Origin: Gracilinanus agilis
Taxonomy: Eukaryota
Assembly (NCBI RefSeq): GCF_016433145.1
Contig: NC_058130.1
Coordinates: forward strand, 524,258,157-524,322,156
DNA length: 64,000 bases
Direction of reading: 5' to 3'
Shown here: one piece after another, positions 35,590 through 47,460 of the stretch
Position numbering within the stretch: position 1 is the first letter of the stretch
How the letters are laid out: each line of letters opens with the position of its first letter
Notes under the pieces: model-generated
What the model saw: only the letters and a program-made list of their open reading frames with translations
Told to the model about the DNA's origin: nothing
Databases searched by the model: none
Program-made: the position numbers and the translations under genes

Positions 35590-36010
35590 TGTACGGGGTA
35601 TCTCTGGTACGAGGGCTTGCTGAGCCTTTTTCGGGGCTGCCCGTCCACCTTTGGTGTCCGCCTTTTACCCAACTCTCATCCATGGCTCTGAGAAGGTGTA
35701 GCGTGTGCAAGCGTCCCACCGGGGTAAAGGAGGCCTCAAGGCTGTCAGTACTTGCGGGGTGGGTGTCTACCCCAGGCGTGTGAAGACTTCTCCTGGTGCT
35801 ATGGGTGGAGGAGAACGAGGGGCTCCCAGGGCCATCGAGGCCGCCGAAGCAGGGGCTGTAGAGAGCTCGGAGCCCGGGCAGACAGAAGACACGGAAGGCG
35901 GCCACGGCGCCCGGGGCCATCAGCTGTCCTGACGTGTGTCTGCCAGTGGCCTTCAGTGTGGCCGGGAGGGCGAGGCGGAGGACTTCCTACAACGCCCAAG
36001 TCAAGGCACC
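35590..36010. mobile_element. RTE-related marsupial repeat (RTESINE/WALLSI-like) retaining many CpGs
   Basis: GGTACGAGGGCTTGC...CCACCTTTGGTGTCC...ACCCAACTCTCA...TGTCTACCCCA.GC.TGTGAAGACTTC resembles a marsupial RTE-derived consensus as I recall it. Family name and orientation are unverified. Confidence 0.5.
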
Positions 36011-38839
36011 CCCCCCCCCCCGGATGCCATCAGTCCTCTTCAGATCGAAGGATGAACCGCCGTCTCTTGGGACTATAAGGGACACGCAGAAGAGAGGTGC
36101 TGCTCCACAAGCTCGGCCCGAGCCAGGTTCAAATACTCTTCTTTCCTCTGATCTTAGCGGGTTAAGAGGTGAACTAAAAAAAAGAAATAAGGAAACAGGC
36201 ACGCTTTCCTGTGTCCGTGTGTGGCCCGCAGGGATCAGTCTACGTGGCTGGGTGGCCCCTGGCTCCCTGAGTCTGACATCGCTGACGGACAGTGCCTGGC
36301 GCAGAGCAGGGACTTAATCGCGTCCTTGTTGTTGCCTTTCAGACTGGAAGAGAAACAAAATGGCAGCACAGAGGATGTCTTCTGACTTGCGCAAGAATCG
36401 GACTCCAGTGAGAGGGCCTTGCACGGTCGGTCGTCAGGCTCTCTCTTCCAGGCACTGAGTCCAGCGGCCGTCGGAGGCCTGGGATGCAGCGGATGATGCA
36501 GGCTTCTCTGGTGTTTAAGCAAACTCTAAGCGCTGCCCAGTGCCTGCTTCGGCTTCCTGTGTGGCCGTCGGAGCACGCTGTTCTCATCGGCCCTTTCTCC
36601 TGGGGAAGTCCTCCCATGTCAGGGCTTGACAACCCCCTGCCTCGCCAGCTGGGATGAGGGCTGTCAGGTGCCCTCCCAGGGTCAGCCCGCCTGCCTCAAC
36701 GGTTTCCTGGGATCTGCCACCACACATGTCATGGCTTCATTGCAGGAATATAGTTACGAAGAGTCTGGTTTTCTAGGGAAGGGAATTTTGAGAGAAGCCC
36801 TGGGAAAGGATTCTGGGTAGAAAGGAATTGTGGGTCTACAACTGGAAATAACTGAACTTCACTTCCTTCTTAGATTTTTGACCAAGCTGGAGGGAGGGTT
36901 TGTCTCTGCCTATGATTCCCATCAAGCTGAAGAAGGAATTTTGTTCTAAGAGATTCTCCCTGGAAAGTCAGGATTTTTGTGAAGAATATCTTTGACATGC
37001 AGGTAGAGGGTTTGCTTGGTGGAAACTAATTTCCCTGAGACCAGTCTTCATTTGGCAGTGATCCATCTACCAGAATTCCTATTGGCTAAGGTAATTCAAA
37101 GCTTTCCACCTATAACTTTGAGTTACTTAATACATCAGCCAAACCCAGAGGTTTTTTTCCCTTTCTTTCTTATTAATTATTGGTAGTAAGTTTAGAATAA
37201 GTCAGATAGCATGAGGGGAGGGGGGGCACGGGATTTCTTAGATAGTATAGGGAGGATTAAGCAGGGCCCATAGAAAAAAATGAAGGCTCTCCTTCAACAG
37301 GAGACTTAGAAGTTGGTTGGAGTTATTTTGGATAGTGCTAGGGTCCTGCCTACCAGTTTCTTTCTTCCCTTTTTAAAATAAACTTTATTTTCATAAGCCA
37401 AAGGTTTTTGTGCTTCATTGACCCCAGGGAGTTCCTAGGTGGGTTGTAACATCTAACATCTCTCTAGGACTCTTCTACAATACAGCTTCTTGCAGCCACA
37501 GGTGTGCGCCGGGTGGCTGACACCAAAAGAGGATGAGTGCTCACCGTGGAGATGCTGGTCCTCCTTGAACACCCTCTCTATCCTGGAGAAGGTATTTAAT
37601 AATACTAGTTTGCAGACGCTGATTTATGTAGAGACTTTCTGTGGGGAGTTCACTCTATAAGATAAATCTGACAAGATTTACTAAAGTATTTTGGGGTAGA
37701 CAAAATGGCAAGTTTGCCTACAAATCCTACATTGCAACATCCATCTATTATAAAACAACTTACAAAATCATTACATTGGAAGAGACCTTCAAAGCCATAT
37801 GATCCAGTCTTGTCCCAAAGGCACGGGATCCCTTTTGGAGACCCTGGCTTCTTTCATAGTCATAGTCCCATAAATGGCTTCATGGCACTGAAACAGATTT
37901 TGATACTACACTGGATCTTAGCCAAAAGACCAAGAAGCGATTAAAACACATTTTGAAACAAAACTTTGGGGACGGCTTTTTATAGCTAGTCAGCATTGAT
38001 ATAGATAGCACTTTAAGGCTTGTGAAGCACTTTAAAAATGTTATTTATTTCACTGGATCCTTGCAACAACCCTATGAAGTAGGTATTATATTTATACTAA
38101 TTTTACAAATGAAAAAAGTGAGGGAGATACAGGTTAAGTGACTTGCTTAAGTTGGGGATGTGAAGGGGAGTAAGGAAATGTCTAAGGCAGGATTTGAAGT
38201 CTGGTCTTCCTGAATCTATACACTGCTCCAACTAGTTGCCACAACCCAAATCAGTGGAATAAGCTTAGATGTGTATTTCATGGTTTAAGAAGATGTTGAG
38301 TCATTTTTCAGACATGTCCAATGCTTTGGGGTTTTCTTGGCCAAGATACTGGAGAGGTTTGCCATTTTCTTCTGTAGCTCCTTTTATAGAAGAAGAAATT
38401 ACGGGGTTAAGTGACTTCCCCCAGGGTCACACAGCTAGTAAGTGTCTGAGGCCAGATTTGAACTTGGGAAGATGAGACTCCAAGTCCAGCCCGCTTTCCC
38501 CTGGGCCACCTAGCTGTCCTGTGTTTATAAGAACAGCATATTCTTTTCCAAAGAGTTCAAGGCACTATTAAGGAACCCTTTGTTATCTTTTTATATAGGA
38601 TCATCTTGGAAGCCATGGGATTTTTTTTTTTTGCTTCCTTCCCTCTAGATTTATTAACATTTAACTTGGTTCTACATTATTTAGCATAAACATATCCTTA
38701 GAAGGGCAGAGCTCTTACTAATATTAAGGTAAAAAGACTTCCAGCTGCTGTGCTTTGCAGGGCAGGGGGCCTTCTTGGGGCTCACATATGTTCCAGAGAT
38801 CCAATCAGTTTACCTTGGATGCTAATCACCTGTACTTAC

Positions 38840-38893
38840 CCCATCCTCACTGGAAGAAAACATCAGGAGCGAAGAAATACTTCTCTGCAACAG
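38840..38893 (-). CDS. SPIDR: SPIDR exon (LLQRSISSLLMFSSSEDG), 54 nt
   Basis: Acceptor ttttctcttctcttgcag, donor GTAAGT; matches human LLQRSISSLLRFAAGEDG; phase 0/0. Confidence 0.95.
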
Positions 38894-38981
38894 CTGCAAG
38901 AGAAGAGAAAACAGGACAATGCATTACAATCCCACAAACATGAGCGCTCCTGTTAAAAATAGACATGTATTGAAAATTAAT

Positions 38982-39278
38982 GTTAAATCTAGAATTAGTC
39001 TAGTTAAACCTATAATCTGTTAAGTTTATTTATTATTTATTAAGAATTAATCTAGTTAAGTCCATTATCTATTAAGTTTATTATTAAGAATTAGTCTAGT
39101 TAAGTCTATTATCTGTTTATTATTATTATTATTATTTTAGTCTAGTTAAGTCCATTATCTATTGTTTATTTATTACTATTAAGAATTAGTCCAGTTAAGT
39201 CCATTATCTGTTAAGTTGATTTATTATTATTATTTTAGTCTAGTTAAGTCTATTATCTATATTAGTTAAATCTAGAAT
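38982..39278. repeat. AT-rich minisatellite, six copies of a ~45-50 bp unit (core TCTAGTTAAGTCCATTATCT)
   Basis: Cores near 38999, 39050, 39093, 39139, 39189 and 39238; GTTAAATCTAGAAT at both ends. Confidence 0.9.
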
Positions 39279-39878
39279 CTGTCTTTTATATCATCCTTTA
39301 GGCTTCTGCAACTACCTGGATCTTCTCAAAGTCAAAGGCCCTTCATCACATGTGGCCTTTATTTAAATTGTCCAGTGGTGTCTGATGCTTTGTGACCCCA
39401 TCTGAAGTTTTCTTGGCAGAGATATTAGAGTGGTTTGCCTTTTCCTTCTTTGGCTCATTTTACAGATGAGGAAATTGAGGCAAACAGGGTTCAGTGACTT
39501 GCCGGAGGTCAGAGAGGTAGTAAGAGGCTGAGGCTGGATTTGAGCTCAAGAAGAGTCTTCCTGACTCTGACTCCTGGCCCAGTGCTCCTCATCTGTGCCA
39601 ACATTTGTAAAGTGATTAGCACACAGTAGGTGCTTCATAAATGCCTGTTTCCTTCCCGGGGGGATCCGGCGACTGTTTTCAGTTCTGAACAGTCTGTTGA
39701 GGTAGGACAGAAAACCCTGCTGGGCTACACGTATTTTCTCAAGTTTCCCTGGGATTTGAATGAATATTAACAGTAAAGCTACCCCTTTGGGTATTGATGC
39801 AGGAGGCCCCACCTCTCTTGTGCCAGGGGGAGATCCGGATGTAAACAAGCTTCTCTCCTTCATTTGGTTCATTCTTAC

Positions 39879-39993
39879 CTTGACTCTCACGGTACTCTGT
39901 GGTCTGGAAGGGCAGGCCAAAACCACTTCTAGGTGCATTCTGACAAGGGGAGATGTGACGGTGAGGGCGCACTGGACACAGCGAAAGGCTCCT
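39879..39993 (-). CDS. SPIDR: SPIDR exon ((R)GAFRCVQCALTVTSPLVRMHLEVVLACPSRPQSTVRVK), 115 nt
   Basis: Acceptor cctttttattgcag, donor GTAAGA; matches human RGAFSCGDCSRVVTSPVLKRHLQVFLDCRSRPQCRVKVK; phase 2/0. Confidence 0.95.
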
Positions 39994-41343
39994 CTGCAAT
40001 AAAAAGGAAAGTCAGACACAGAGGAACAGACGTGCCTCCGTCTAAGTGTTAGTGTTTGCAAAGCCACTTCTTCTTCACTCCGGGTTGAGGGGGAAACATC
40101 TGCTATGTTAGAGTATAAAACATTAAAAAAAACCCAAAAAACTAGACCTGTGATTTCATTGATACAGGAAACACCTGGTGCACATCTGCAACCATTCTGC
40201 AATTTATGGTCTTAGAAAACTGCTTGGCGGCACTCAAAAGTTAAGTGACTTGCTCAGGGCCACGTAGGCAGGGGTTGGGGGGTGGAATGTAGACCCAGGT
40301 CCTCACATCCTCCACTCAAGGCAACCCTTTTGCTGCTTCCTAATCGATTCTCCATTACACTCCCCATAGCAGCTGTTCCAAATCTTCTCTTATTCCCTCC
40401 TCCCCATAGAAGACCCTACCTCATCCTTTATTGGAGAAAAAAGAGAAAAGTTTTCCATTAACTATCCTCTCTTCTTCTCTACTCTAGCTTTTTTTGTTGT
40501 TCATTTCAGTTGTGCCTGACTCTTTTCTTGGCAAAAATAATGAAGTGGTTTGCGATTTCCTTTTCTAGCTCATTTTACAGATGAGGAAACAGAGGCAAAC
40601 AGGGTGAAGTGACTTGGCCAGAGTCATGCAGCTAGTGTCTGAGACTGGATCTGAACTCACAAAGGGAAGTCTTCCTGACTTTGCACTCTACTGTAATAAT
40701 TAAAATTATAAGGCTGACAGTAGCTTTATAACTTTATTAAATCAAAGTAGTAATAGTTAAGAGAGAGAAGGGTACGAAAGAAGTAGAGAAGTAATTAGCT
40801 TACTAATCTATTGGCTGCCATGTACCACATAGAGGTTATAATCAAGATTACAAAAGTCACTGACATGATACCCATTTCTCTAGCCCTTTCATTCAAGCTC
40901 TACCCAAAGGCCCCCCCCACTCTGCTTGCACCCTGGATCCCATCTCCTCTGGCAGAGCTCTACAATGACCGTCTCTTCTAATCCTGATCATCAATCTCTC
41001 TAATACAATTTATTGGCTCATTCTGTGGACTCCCAACAACCTTAAAAGAGAGCAAACATCCCCACAGCACCTACTCTGCACTAGGCACTGTGCTGAATGC
41101 ATTTTACAAATGTTATCTTATTCAATCCTTAGAACAACTCTGTGAGGTAGGTACTATTATTATAATATCCATTTTACAGATGAGGAATCTCATCTGTAAA
41201 GGCAAACAGAGGTTACGTGACCTGCCCAGGCAGGTGAACAGCCGTCACACCTTCCTAGTAGTTCTCTCTGCCTCACCTCCCTCCTCTCCAATCCTCAGAA
41301 CTCCTAAAAACACGGGTTCGACCATTTAGTCCCCCCCGCCCCA

Positions 41344-41345
<2 letters not shown>

Positions 41346-41376
<31 letters not shown>
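41346..41376. repeat. (AC)n microsatellite
   Basis: Read directly. Confidence 0.9.
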
Positions 41377-41378
<2 letters not shown>

Positions 41379-42504
41379 GTAAACTTCAGTGACTTTCCAT
41401 TGCTTCTTGCCTTGCAGACATACTCCTGGGTTTGGCATCTTAAACTTTTTGCCACCTGGCTCCTGTCCTTCCCCAGATTTCTAATCTAATCTTCCTCTTC
41501 TTCCCTTCTCCTCTGGTCCGGCCAAACAGCTCTTCTGCTCATCCTCACATATGGCGCTCATTTCCTGTCTTGGTGTCTCTGCCCAAGCAATTCCCCACCA
41601 CGGCCTGGAATGTGCCGCCTCCCAGAATCCTGCCTTCCCCAAGAGCTCTGCTCGGACTTGTCCAAGGTCACTCAGGTGGGAAATATCTGAAGCCAGATTT
41701 GAACCGACGACCTCTAGACTCTGGGTCTGGAGCCACTTTGATGCCCCTAGACACACCTCTTGGATGCACTTAAATGTTGTGAGTCCCCTCCTGTAGGACA
41801 AGAGTTCCTTGAGGGCAGAGGCTAATTTCATTTTTGCATTTCTGTCTCTAGTGTCCGGCACTAAATAAGTGCTTACTGGTGGATTGATTCCTAACTATCT
41901 ACCATGACACGCTGCCATCACTTTAGTGTGGGTTGATGATTTTAAGAGAGTGAGGTTCAACTGAAGGGGCAATGCAGAAGAATAGCTGGCTATCTAAAAA
42001 AAAAAAAAAAATTCACACCAGGGGCAGAAAATGATGGGAGAAGGGGCACTTAGGGCTTGGAGACAGGAAGACCTGAGTTCAAATTCAGTCTCAGACACTG
42101 TGGGCAAGCCACTAACCCCCATTAGCCTAGCCTTTGCCCTTCTGTTTTAGACAGAAAGTAAAAATTGGGGGGGGGGGGAGGGGGCAGAGAAAAGAAAGAA
42201 AACAAAAAATAATTGTTAGAGAAACAGCTAAATGAAGCACAAATATGTTCTTTCCCGAAGGGATGAGAACCAGGACTTCCCTGGCTCATCCTGGAAAAGT
42301 CCAAGTTGCCTTTATGTAGCTTTGCTCCTGTCTTGGCTATACATAACCCAGTGAGATTTATGGGTAGCTTATACTCATTGTATTTATCTCTGAAATGCCA
42401 AGAAGGAAATTTCTGCTTCTAATGAAAGTCACTAACCCAGTTTACTGAAAGGAGCTGTTTTATGTTTCCCAAGGGTCAAAAGGCAATGACTGTGCTCTCT
42501 CTCT

Positions 42505-42586
42505 CTCTGCCTCTCTGTCTCTCCATCTCTCTCTCTCTCTCTCTGTTTCTCTGTGTCTGTGTCTGTGTGTCTCTCTCAATCTCTCT
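42505..42586. repeat. CT/GT-rich simple repeat
   Basis: Read directly. Confidence 0.85.
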
Positions 42587-43669
42587 CATGTTTTTTCCAC
42601 AAAAAGTCCCTGCCTACTTTCTGGCCATTTGGCTCCCATGTCAACTCTCTTACATCTCCCAGCTGGAAAGGATTGCTCTCAGCACCCTTCCCCGTTTCTC
42701 CCTCCCTGCCTGGATCTCAGTAGCACTGGTCAGATTCTAATTTTTGTGTCCAGGGCAGTTTTATCTGCCCAGCCAGAGGAGAAGCACCTTGAGGGCAGCG
42801 ACGGTATCAGTCCTCCTTCTTGGACCAGAGCTCAGCACACAGTGGGTGCTTAAAAAATGTTGATGATGGTGAGGACATCCAAAGAGGGGTTGAGAAAATT
42901 GACTGGGAAAGGCGATGAACTGAAATGAGCCAGAGAGCCCCAGATGAACAGTTGTTTGTGTAGCTTAGCAGACTAGGAATTTCTGTGACAAGTAGTTGTT
43001 TTGGTTTTAAATCTGTTTATTGGACACTTCAGTAGAAAAGGGCTGTGGTTGCTGGTCACATGGTGTATACGCACTCATTTACAAGCACGTTCTTAATAGC
43101 AAATACCAATGTCAGATGACTTTTGCTCAGTCTTCCCTCCCCCCTCCCCCCTCCCCAGGGGAAAAGCCTAGATTTTTTTTTCTCCCCTAAAGGACAAATT
43201 GTACAGCCATCAGAATTTCTCACTCTCAATTCTGGCCTCAATTTTCCTTTATCCTCTTGGCTGATTATAAATGACTGGTATTTAGGACAAAAACATCCCA
43301 ATTTCTCCTCCTTCACTTTTCAGGTAGGAGGAGCCCTAAGAAACAGCAGTATGCCCTTGTTGCTGAGAAAGAAACCAACATGTATCCCAGCTTTTTCCAG
43401 GGGCCACTAAAGGTTTAGTTGTTTCTCAGGCTATGTCCTATTTCAGAGTGTGCCTGCCCTTTAGGTGTCTCCTGATAACCATACTGAAATCTCCTTGAGC
43501 TTTCTGGGAGTCAGATCCCATAGGCAGGATGGGACATGCCCTCCCTTGGCAAAAAGAGGGATGGAGGACAGGATCTACATTTGCCTTTCCAAATTCCTTT
43601 TGGGCATCCTTCTTGCCTCATTTATTGCCTTAGAGAGAGGCCTGAAAGAACAGTATCAGTGGTTCTTAC

Positions 43670-43763
43670 CTGTTTTTTGAGTCCTGTTCCAGTTTCCCAT
43701 TGCCACATTTGTTACATACAGGCCAGGAAAAAGCAGTGTTCTCGTTCACATCAACCACAGTGC
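43670..43763 (-). CDS. SPIDR: SPIDR exon ((G)TVVDVNENTAFSWPVCNKCGNGKLEQDSKN(R)), 94 nt
   Basis: Acceptor tttttattgagcatag, donor GTAAGA; matches human GTVVGVDESTAFSWPVCDMCGNGRLEQRPEDR; phase 1/2. Confidence 0.95.
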
Positions 43764-43964
43764 CTATGCTCAATAAAAAGACAAACAATTAAAAACATTA
43801 ATTAAATGCCAAGTGGATACCAGGCCCTGTGCTTGGCCCTATGGATACAGAGACAAAAATGAAAGATCATTCTCAAAAAACTTATTTTATAAGGGAAGAC
43901 AGCATGTACATATACAAGAGTAAGCCAGATAAAATAGAAGGTAATTTTTAGGAGTGGATGCTAC

Positions 43965-44160
43965 AGTATGTTGGAGCCAGCTCAAATTGGCTCTTGACAA
44001 CCAATTATTAAATTTTTAGTGTGAACATTTATACTTCAGAAACTAGGAAATGCTACAAATCCATGATTGGGTTGTTCATTTATTTTTTTGCTAATTATCT
44101 AGACTTAATAAAGTGATGGAGAAAATGTTAATAATGCAGATTAAATTAAAAATGTTTCCT
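43965..44160 (+). mobile_element. Mar3/MER63-like element, copy 3
   Basis: CAGTATGTTGGAGCCAGCTC...TTAAATTTT.AGTGTGA.CATTTA.AC.TC.GAAA...GCTACAAATC, with a MER63-like 5' end. Confidence 0.55.
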
Positions 44161-44179
44161 AGGTACAGGAGGAGGTTGT

Positions 44180-45480
44180 TTTCTCCCTACTGACTTTTTT
44201 CCTCTTTTTCAATTTATTTATTTGTTTGTTTGTTACATTAAAGTTCCCAGATATCTCCCTCTCTTCCTCCCTTCTTCTCTGAACTAGAGAAGGCATCATT
44301 TGTCCAAAAGATACTTGTATATATAAAACTATGCCTTGTTTGTTTCTATTTATTCATTCTTTCTCTGGAGGTGGACACACACAAGTCATTCTTCAAACAA
44401 TATTTCTGTTGCTGTTTGTAATGTTCTCTTAGCTTTGCTCATTTCATTCTTCATAATTTCATGTAGGTCTTTCTATGATTTAAAAAAAATTAACCTGTTT
44501 ATCATTTTTTATGATGCAGTAGTAGTCCATCAAATCTTATGCCACAACTTGTTTAGCCATTCTTCAATTGATGTGGCATCACATCAATGTCCAGTCTTTG
44601 CTACCACAGAAAGAACTACTATCAATATTTTAGATCACCTTAGGAAACAAACCTAATAGTAGTTATTGGTGGGTCAAAGGGTTTACATAATTTTATAACT
44701 CTTTGGGCATAATTCCAGATTGTTCTCCAAAAAGGCTGGGTAGTAAGTTCACAGTTCCACCAACAGTATATTAGTGCTTCCATTTTTCATATTCACTCCA
44801 ATTTTTGTCACTTTTAGCTAATCTGATAGGTGTGAAATAATATCTCAGAACTGTTTTGACTTGCATTTATTTCTCTAACCAATATTGATTTAGAGCATTT
44901 TTTTCATAGGGTTATACATAGCTTTGATTTCTTCATCTAAAAACTGTCTATTCATATCCTTTGACCAGTTTATCAACTGGAAAACGGCTCACAAATGTGA
45001 TAAAAACCTGACAAAGTTCTCTATATATTTTAGATATGAGATCTCTATCCAAGAAATTGTCTATTAAAATTTCCCCCTAATTTTCTGCTTTTCTTCTAAT
45101 CTTGGCTACATTAGTTTCATTTGCACAATTTAATGTAATCAATTTAATGTAATCAAAACTATTCCTTTTACATCTCACTGTTTTCTATCTCTTGTTTATT
45201 CATAAAGTCTCCTGTCTATAAATCTGATAATGTTTCCTATTTTTCTAATTTATTTATAATATCTCTCCTTATGTCTTGGTCATGTATCCATTTTGATCTT
45301 GGTAAATGGTGTAAAATATTAGTTTATACCTAGTTTCTTCCAGATTGCATTTAGTTTTTCCAGCGATTTTTACCACATAGTGAATTCTTATCCCCAAAGC
45401 TTGGATCTTTACTTTTGTCAAACACAAGGTTACTATAACCTTTTATTACCATTTGTTGCATGTCTGTTCTGTTCTGCTGA
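44180..45480 (-). mobile_element. Degraded LINE-1 3' fragment
   Basis: Reverse L1 ORF2 C-terminal and 3'UTR motifs (GCCACAACTTGTTTAGCCATTC, CAGTTCCACCAACAG). Confidence 0.8.
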
Positions 45481-45499
45481 GCTACTTTTCTATTTCTGA

Positions 45500-47460
45500 C
45501 TGGTTGTTAAAATTTACAAACACCCTCCTAGGTAGAGGTTCCAGGGGCTGGGGGAAAGCTTCATATAGGTAAGGCCATTTAAGCTGAACTCTGAAAGAAA
45601 CTTGGGATTCTTGGAGATGAGGGTGAGAAGGGAGTGAATTCCATGCATGGGAGACAGACAGGGCAATGGCATGGGTGGGGTGGGGTGGGGAGATGCAGTA
45701 TTGTGTTTGGGGAGCAACAGTAGGAATGCATGGCCAAGAATAATGGGAAGGGAAGTAAGGATAAAGCTGAAAATGCTGGCTGGAGGCAGGTTGTGAAAGG
45801 CTTTCAATGCCCCACAGAGGAATTTTGTATTTGATCCTGAAGAATGTATAACAGGGAGCTTGTGGAGTTTATTAAGCAGGAGGGCAACATGATCAGACCT
45901 GTGCTGAGGACTATCACTTGGATGGCTCTGGAGAGGATGAACGGGAGATGACACCGGTCCTTTGCCTCATTAGAAGACTTGCTATAGTATGGGAGAGAGC
46001 TGATGTAGGGTGGAATAAAGGGGGAGCCTGTTGGAGAGGAGGGATCAGATATAAAAGATTTATAGGATTTGGCAGCTTGCAAGGTGAGGGGAAAATGACT
46101 GGAAGGATGCTGATGCTCTTGGCATGGAGAGGGAAGTTCAGAAGGTGTGACTGATTTTAGTTATCAGAACTAACCCTCAACTGAAATTGCTCTCTTCAAA
46201 GTTAAGGATGATCTTATCACTGCCAGCTCTACTGGTCTTTTCTCAGACCTCATCCTTCTTGACATCTCTGCAGCACTGCTGATCTCCATCTCTTCCCAGA
46301 TACTCTCTCTTCTTTGGGTTTTTATGATATTGCTCTCTCTTGTATTTTATTTTAACCCTCCAACCACTTCTCCTCAGTTTCATTAGTTGAACCATTATCC
46401 CTGTTCTTTTTACTACCTGTGGGTATTCCTCAGGCTCTGTCCTTAGCCCTCTTCTCTCTCTGATCAGTCCCAGTGACTTCATCAACTGTCCTGGGCTCAG
46501 TGAAATTCTGTCTCTGGCCCTCTCCNNNNNNNNNNNNNNNNNNNNNNNNNNNNNNNNNNNNNNNNNNNNNNNNNNNNNNNNNNNNNNNNNNNNNNNNNNN
46601 NNNNNNNNNNNNNNNNNNNNNNNNNNNNNNNNNNNNNNNNNNNNNNNNNNNNNNNNNNNNNNNNNNNNNNNTATCTATATATCCAGCCTCTGTCTCTCTC
46701 CTTAACTACAGTCCTATTAATTACAACTTTTCCTATTGTACATTTTAAACCTAGAGGCATCTTAAACTCAGTATATCTAAAACGGAAGTTCTTTCCTCAA
46801 AAACCTACCCTTCTTCTGAACTCTCCTATTACTCTTGTACATTGTGCTTCCAGTCATCCAAGTTCACAACCCTGGGGGTCATCCTTAAGTCTTCACACTC
46901 ATTTACTACCCACATCCAACCAACTCATTGCTATCTCCATTTCTCTCACAGATACACCCTTTCTCTTGACTCACACAGCCACTGCTTTAGTTTCGGACTG
47001 GACAGTTTCCTCCTGTGTTATTTCTTTCCTTTCCTTTTCAATCTGTTCTTTTCAACTTAGAACCAATACTAAGTATAAATTTCAAGGCAAACAAGTGTTA
47101 TGGGCTAGACAATTGGGCTTAAGTGACTTGCCTAGGGTCACAGAGGTAGGGAATATCTAAGGCCAGTTTGAATTCAGGTCCTCCCAATTCCTACTCTATC
47201 CACTGAGCCACCTGGGTACCCCTCCTGTACTATTTTTCAATTGCTTCTTAATTTTTCTCCCTGCCTCAAATCTCTCCCTGCTTCAATCTGTCCTCTGCAG
47301 AGTCAGCAAAGTGATTTTCCTAATGTGTATGTCTGACCATGTTACCCCTTTACTCCATCAATTCCAGTTAGTTTTAGTATCGAGTATACTCCCCTGTTTG
47401 ATGTTTAAAGCTCTTCACAACCTGATTCTGTCTTACTTTTCTGGCCTTCTTACATCTGCC
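45500..47460. mobile_element. LINE-2 fragments in both orientations, interrupted by a gap and a minus-strand SINE1 (~47040..47222)
   Basis: Purine-rich L2 reverse segment 45500..46150, then pyrimidine-rich L2 forward segments. Confidence 0.6.
46526..46671. other. Assembly gap (146 N)
   Basis: Read directly. Confidence 1.

Noticed and set aside
35469-36632. Cluster of 66-127 aa ORFs
   Set aside because: They lie in GC-rich, partly repeat-derived DNA; no coherent gene model.
38982-39278. CRISPR-like repeat-spacer pattern (also 48964..49360)
   Set aside because: Eukaryotic context, spacers are homologous low-complexity sequence, and there are no cas genes; these are minisatellites.
39546-40202. 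218-aa minus-strand ORF as a standalone gene
   Set aside because: Only 39879..39993 is SPIDR exon; the rest is open intronic frame.
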